Shown one piece after another: positions 59,800-64,000 of a stretch of DNA of 64,000 bases. Position 1 is the stretch's first letter. Each line of letters opens with the position of its first letter. Origin of the DNA: Curvularia clavata (taxonomy: Eukaryota); assembly GCA_023920165.1 (NCBI GenBank), contig CP089278.1:2914001-2978000 (forward strand). The letters are read 5' to 3'. The notes beneath the pieces were generated by a model. The model did no database searches. It had not been told where the DNA came from and saw only the letters and a program-made list of their open reading frames with translations. The translations under genes were made by a program, and so were the position numbers.

Positions 59800-61889
59800 G
59801 GTGAAATGGTCCAGGAAGAAGAGAAGAACTGTTGCTCTGCGCAGGAGAGGCGACTGGTGAGTTGTTTCGATTGAACCATTATACTACTTATATCTCGTTT
59901 CCTAGAAAACCGCCGAAGCCAAGAGAGCGGCTCCGGGGTCTGTGATTACTTGTGCATCTTAATATGAGCTCGGATGTCATCGGACCCTCGTGTGAGGTTC
60001 TGTCGCTGGGAACAGCTCATGTTTTCAATTGGCCGAGGATACCTCCTAGCCTCGTTTTGCAGGACGTGCGCAACTCGCAGACCGCCGTAAGGTAGTGGGT
60101 ACTCAAAGAGTGGTTAAGAGGCTACAGACGTGTACAAAGTTGCATGTGCAGTCTTTTGGAAGATTCATACGACTTGGGCATACAAGGTTTAATGCCAAGG
60201 GTCTAGTTGAAAATAGATTGTCTGGGATTGAAAAACATGTCCTTCTGCAGCGAATAAGCTTTAGGCAAAGACACCCTTACTTGGGTAGTCGTACTACGGA
60301 GGAAATTGTCTATGCTTAGCATAAGCCTGCTAGTGCACAAGCGGGAACGGCAAACTCATACGTATAGGGAAAAGAACGGCGTACTACGGTTAAGATGGCC
60401 TGTTCGTCGGGTGTAAGAAATAAAGGTGCAGCACTGTTATAGAGCTGTGTTGCTATCTGTGGCTTACACGTGACTTGGAGTAAACTTACAATAGCGGAAA
60501 TTTGGTGGTAACACGCCCACTACATACATGATAATCCTCCAGTATATGAAGTGCTTCAATATTTAAAATAAACGCGAAAGCACGTGTGATACAAATATGA
60601 GCTGCCACGCTGCCTTCTAGCCTGCGGCTTAGTACTTCCATGCCCCACTCACCACGTCCTCGTACTCACCTCCTAGCAAAGCAATCCACAGCAAGTCATT
60701 TGGAAGTTTTGTATTCTAAACTGGTGAGGAGCATAGCATTAGTACACCAAGAAGTTTTGGGAGATAGTTCGGTAGATCAGATCTAATATCCAATAGCCAT
60801 GTTATTTAAGTCGCCACGTACAACAAGGGTTTGCGCGGATATATGTACGTACATGTTAAAACCCGTCAACCACGTACAGAGTAAGCAGCGCAATGTTCCA
60901 GCATGGCGGGATGTTCGGTCATAATTGGCTACCTGTGGGCCCACCCCGTTTCCGAATGCATCAATCATCTCCGAAAAGCAGGCGATGCTTACGAATAGTT
61001 GAGTGTCAGCAGAACCATCTTAGACGAACAGCCGGGTAAACAACTGTCGCCGGACAAACAAGTTTGAAACCGCACCAAGAAAGTTATTTGCGAAAGCTAG
61101 GATAAGAAGATGACGACACGTTCGGAGAAAAAGCTACCACCAATTTGACCCATCTGCTTTTGTTCAAAATAATGTCTTCCATTTTACCCACCTAATCAAA
61201 TCCAGGCCATCTTACGCTGGAATGGCCGCTGGTATTTTCTCCTTGTCACCGAGCCTGGCTTTCTGCAGTACGCATCAGCAATGGGATACGGACAAAAGAA
61301 AGAAAACATTGTGTACAAAACTCACCAGTAGTTACAAAGAGAACGCCACACTCTCCATAAACAGTAAAATTAGAAAACCAAAAAGTGCTTACCTACGCTA
61401 TCGACATGGTAGAAAAAGTGGCTGTGACAATTACAGCTATTTTTGAGAGTAGAGTCGTAGGTACCAAATGAACAAATAACAAACAATAAATGACTATCAC
61501 AGATACAACTGCCTTTTAAAAGTGGTGGTTTTATAGGCTGCTATTTTCTGGTTTCATAAATTTTGGAAAGGCCATGCTTAATGAAGCAGTCATAGAGAAG
61601 AATGTTCATATAGTTCTTATAGAACGGGCAATCTCTTCCTGAGTTTGGAGACCTTCTATCTCTTCAGGTTCCTGGCATGAGTTAAACATACTGAATTTCA
61701 AAATTCGGCTAGCGTTACATTTATAAGTTGTAGATTATAGTTAAAAATGAGATCTTGCCTGTTGAGAATGTGTAGCTTGTAGCATCACCAAAGCTTGGTC
61801 ACGTATTTTGTTTCTAGACAGTGCTCCGCTGGTTCGTCTACTGAAATGATCAGATCGACCAAGCGCGTTCCGATGACAACACCTTTCCG

Positions 61890-62730
61890 CTAAATCTGAC
61901 CAGTCAGGCCCCCAAATCCCCACTTCCGACGACCCAGGCTCTGTGAAGCCTTGGACTTGCCCTTCTTGGCTGCCTCTAAAGAATGCTCCTTCTCCCACTC
62001 TTCGTCGGCCTTGAACGCCGTTATCGCTTGCTCGAGGTTGTAGCCTGCTTGCTCAAGATATAAAAGAGCAACGTCATATCTGTGACTTGAATTAGCACTC
62101 GTCACTCGTTGTCACAAGATAGACGACTTACTCTGCCACCTTGCATTTGACCATGAACTTTCTCAGCTTAGTCTTTTTGATTTCTTCTTCCTCGCCCTCC
62201 AGTGGGCGCGGGCTAAGACTGACTCCACCTTTGTAGTATTCGCCAGGTATGAGGATCGTTCTGCGCGCGGCTAGCAGGTGGTCGGCAAATAAGTTATTCG
62301 TTCGGCGTAGGGCATCAGCGGGTACACCATATCGAAGCGATAGCGATAGTATCGAGTCGTTGTTCTGGTCGACAAAATGCAGCACGTCGGGCGCATCTTC
62401 GCTGTTTATTTTAGGCTTCTCTAGTGGAGTTTGCAAAGTATTGTGTGCTGAGTAGGGTGGTAACTCGTCATCGACCGACTGCTCGTTTGGTGGCGAATAG
62501 GTAGGAGGGTCGCGGAGACCTTGTGGAGGCAGCGCTGATGGTCCTGTCGCTATCTGGCAGAATGGACAATAGTTCTGAAATCTAGGGTTATCGGTCAAAC
62601 ACCGAGCACATATAGCACGACCGCAACAGTCGAGTCTACGCTCGAACTGTGCCGGTTTCTCCGTCTTCTCGTCGTATGTTGGTGGTATAGAAGTAAGGAG
62701 CGCAGCGCACGTGCAGCATGCTTCAGACAT
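61890..62730 (-). CDS. Intracellular LysM-domain protein with Cys-rich N-terminus
   Basis: CCTC..CCGRAICARC..CPFC, LysM HFVDQNNDSILSLSLRYGV..LRRTNNL..ILIP and C-terminal YDVALLYL..DEEWE. Intron 62080-62131. Confidence 0.85.
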
Positions 62731-63191
62731 TGTGATAGCGAAATGACAAGCGTCAGACGGAGGTGTGTAGTGCTGGACACAAGATTCGTAGTAAAGATAC
62801 ACTGGGAGGCAAAGGACGTATGTAGTGCTACGTCATGACTAAAGCGGTTAGACATCGCGTCGGCACGTGAAGGCGCGACATGGACTCTGCATTTGTCAGA
62901 ACAGGTCGTCCGTTCCAGTTACAACGAGCATGTCTGAGTCAAAACATGACAGGCTCTAATTGAAAGACTCTGCGATGGTTGTGTGCACCACATGCTAAGA
63001 CATGGTGTTGGTAGGCGTTCGAGTCCGGCGCGCAAGGGTCCAGCCGATGCTGCCATGCCAAGCACAGACAAGTTAGCGAGCGCACGGCCCACCACACCAA
63101 TTTCCCAGGTCAAACTCGAACTTTTGCATTCCCACCAGCTCTCCTCTACCGCTCACCACCCGCACCAGCCGAGGTATGTCCTTACCAACCC

Positions 63192-63308
63192 GAGTGCCCT
63201 TCAGAGCCTGGGGATGCAATCGCCGTCGTCCGCAAGGATGAAGGCGACACTGCTTCTCCTCTGCGACAAGAGCTGAAGAACCCTCATGCTTGCAGTCTGA
63301 GGGCACTC
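63192..63308 (+). other. Strong RNA secondary structure in the putative 5'-UTR intron (63174-63351) of RPS22
   Basis: GAGTGCCCT(T)CAGA / TCTGAGGGCACTC 13-bp closing helix, enclosing a TCGCC-G-TCGTCC GCAA GGATGA-A-GGCGA hairpin. Intron signals GTATGT..CTAAC..TAG. Confidence 0.6.
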
Positions 63309-63401
63309 TCCACGCTCTGGCATCTGGAGGCTAACCACAATCCACGCGTAGATACCTCAGTCGCCCAACGCCGCCACCGAGAATCTCCAGAAACCGCCAA
63401 A

Positions 63402-64000
63402 ATGGTCAAGACCTCCGTCCTCAACGATGCGCTTAACGCTATCAACAACGCCGAGAAGGCCGGCAAGCGCCAGGTCCTGATCCGTCCTTCCTCCAAGGTC
63501 ATTGTCAAGTTCCTCCGCGTCATGCAGAAGCACGGTACGTCAAATTTTTTTTCATTCGCAGACGACTCGATTTTCGGCGCCGAACGACGTTGTGGTCACG
63601 CAAGTGTACCTCCATCCGAATCCGCATCCACAACCCATTCCCTGCACCCTTTTCGGGCTGATAACTAGTTAATGATCTCGATTCCCACGATCATTGACCT
63701 TTAAGTGTCCGATATATTGACTGCGGAGGACTTACACGTCTTCGGAACCGTTTCATGACGTCTGATGTTTATTTCGCCGCAACATACACTGACAATTTTG
63801 TTCAGGCTACATTGGCGAGTTCGAGGAGGTCGACGACCACCGCAACGGCAAGATTGTCATCCAGCTCATCGGCCGTATCAACAAGACCGGTGTCATCTCT
63901 CCCCGCTACAACGTCCAGCTCCGCGACATGGAGAAGTGGGTCGTCAAGCTGCTTCCCTCTCGTCAGTTCGGTTTCATCGTCCTGACCACCTCCGCTGGTA
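63402..64000 (+). CDS. RPS22: 40S ribosomal protein S22 (uS8), 3'-truncated by the window edge
   Basis: [53 protein letters not shown]; intron 63535-63805. Confidence 0.98.
63653..63787 (+). ncRNA. snR44: Intronic H/ACA snoRNA, snR44-like
   Basis: Two hairpins with ACA at 63782-63784. The hairpin 1 pocket GATAACT / TTTAA is complementary to 18S ...UUAAA-UC-AGUUAUC. Yeast snR44 is likewise hosted in an RPS22B intron. The H box is imperfect. Confidence 0.85.

Noticed and set aside
61440..61760. AT-rich patch downstream of the LysM gene, possible MITE
   Set aside because: Only a weak ~7-bp inverted match (TACAACT/AGTTGTA), not enough to call.
63231..63241. CGCAAGGATGA resembles part of U6 snRNA
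   Set aside because: No ACAGAGA box or other U6 elements nearby; explained by the local hairpin.

Overview
Gene-dense nuclear DNA from a filamentous ascomycete. Short GT-AG introns with CTRAC branch sites and the protein sequences point to Dothideomycetes/Pleosporales. About 21 protein-coding loci are recognisable: GH11 xylanase (partial), ALO1, a GH18 chitinase-like protein, SdhC, a broken NACHT-ankyrin NLR, NRDE-2, UTP10, a Zn2Cys6 factor, ATP12, OSH1/2, an amidase, a PD-(D/E)XK nuclease-like gene, calcineurin B, DUF1770, RDH54/RAD54B, a BTB protein, an RNR inhibitor, a membrane protein, a GH7 endoglucanase, a LysM protein and RPS22 (partial). Two accessory-looking tracts (~8.3-16.6 kb and ~38.3-46.8 kb) hold pseudogenes and transposon relics. 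The most notable signals are non-coding. (1) A complete but divergent U2 snRNA gene at 11841-12031, with substitutions in the normally invariant 5' core that rebuild the branchpoint stem-loop. (2) An unassigned, highly structured ~185-nt RNA with Pol III hallmarks (A box, B box, terminal stem, triple oligo-T) at 35925-36109 on the minus strand. (3) An snR44-like H/ACA snoRNA and a separate strong structure in two RPS22 introns. The SdhC copy carries Ser at the quinone-site Trp, equivalent to the SDHI-resistance change W80S. All calls come from manual reading and recalled family motifs; no searches or folding programs were run.
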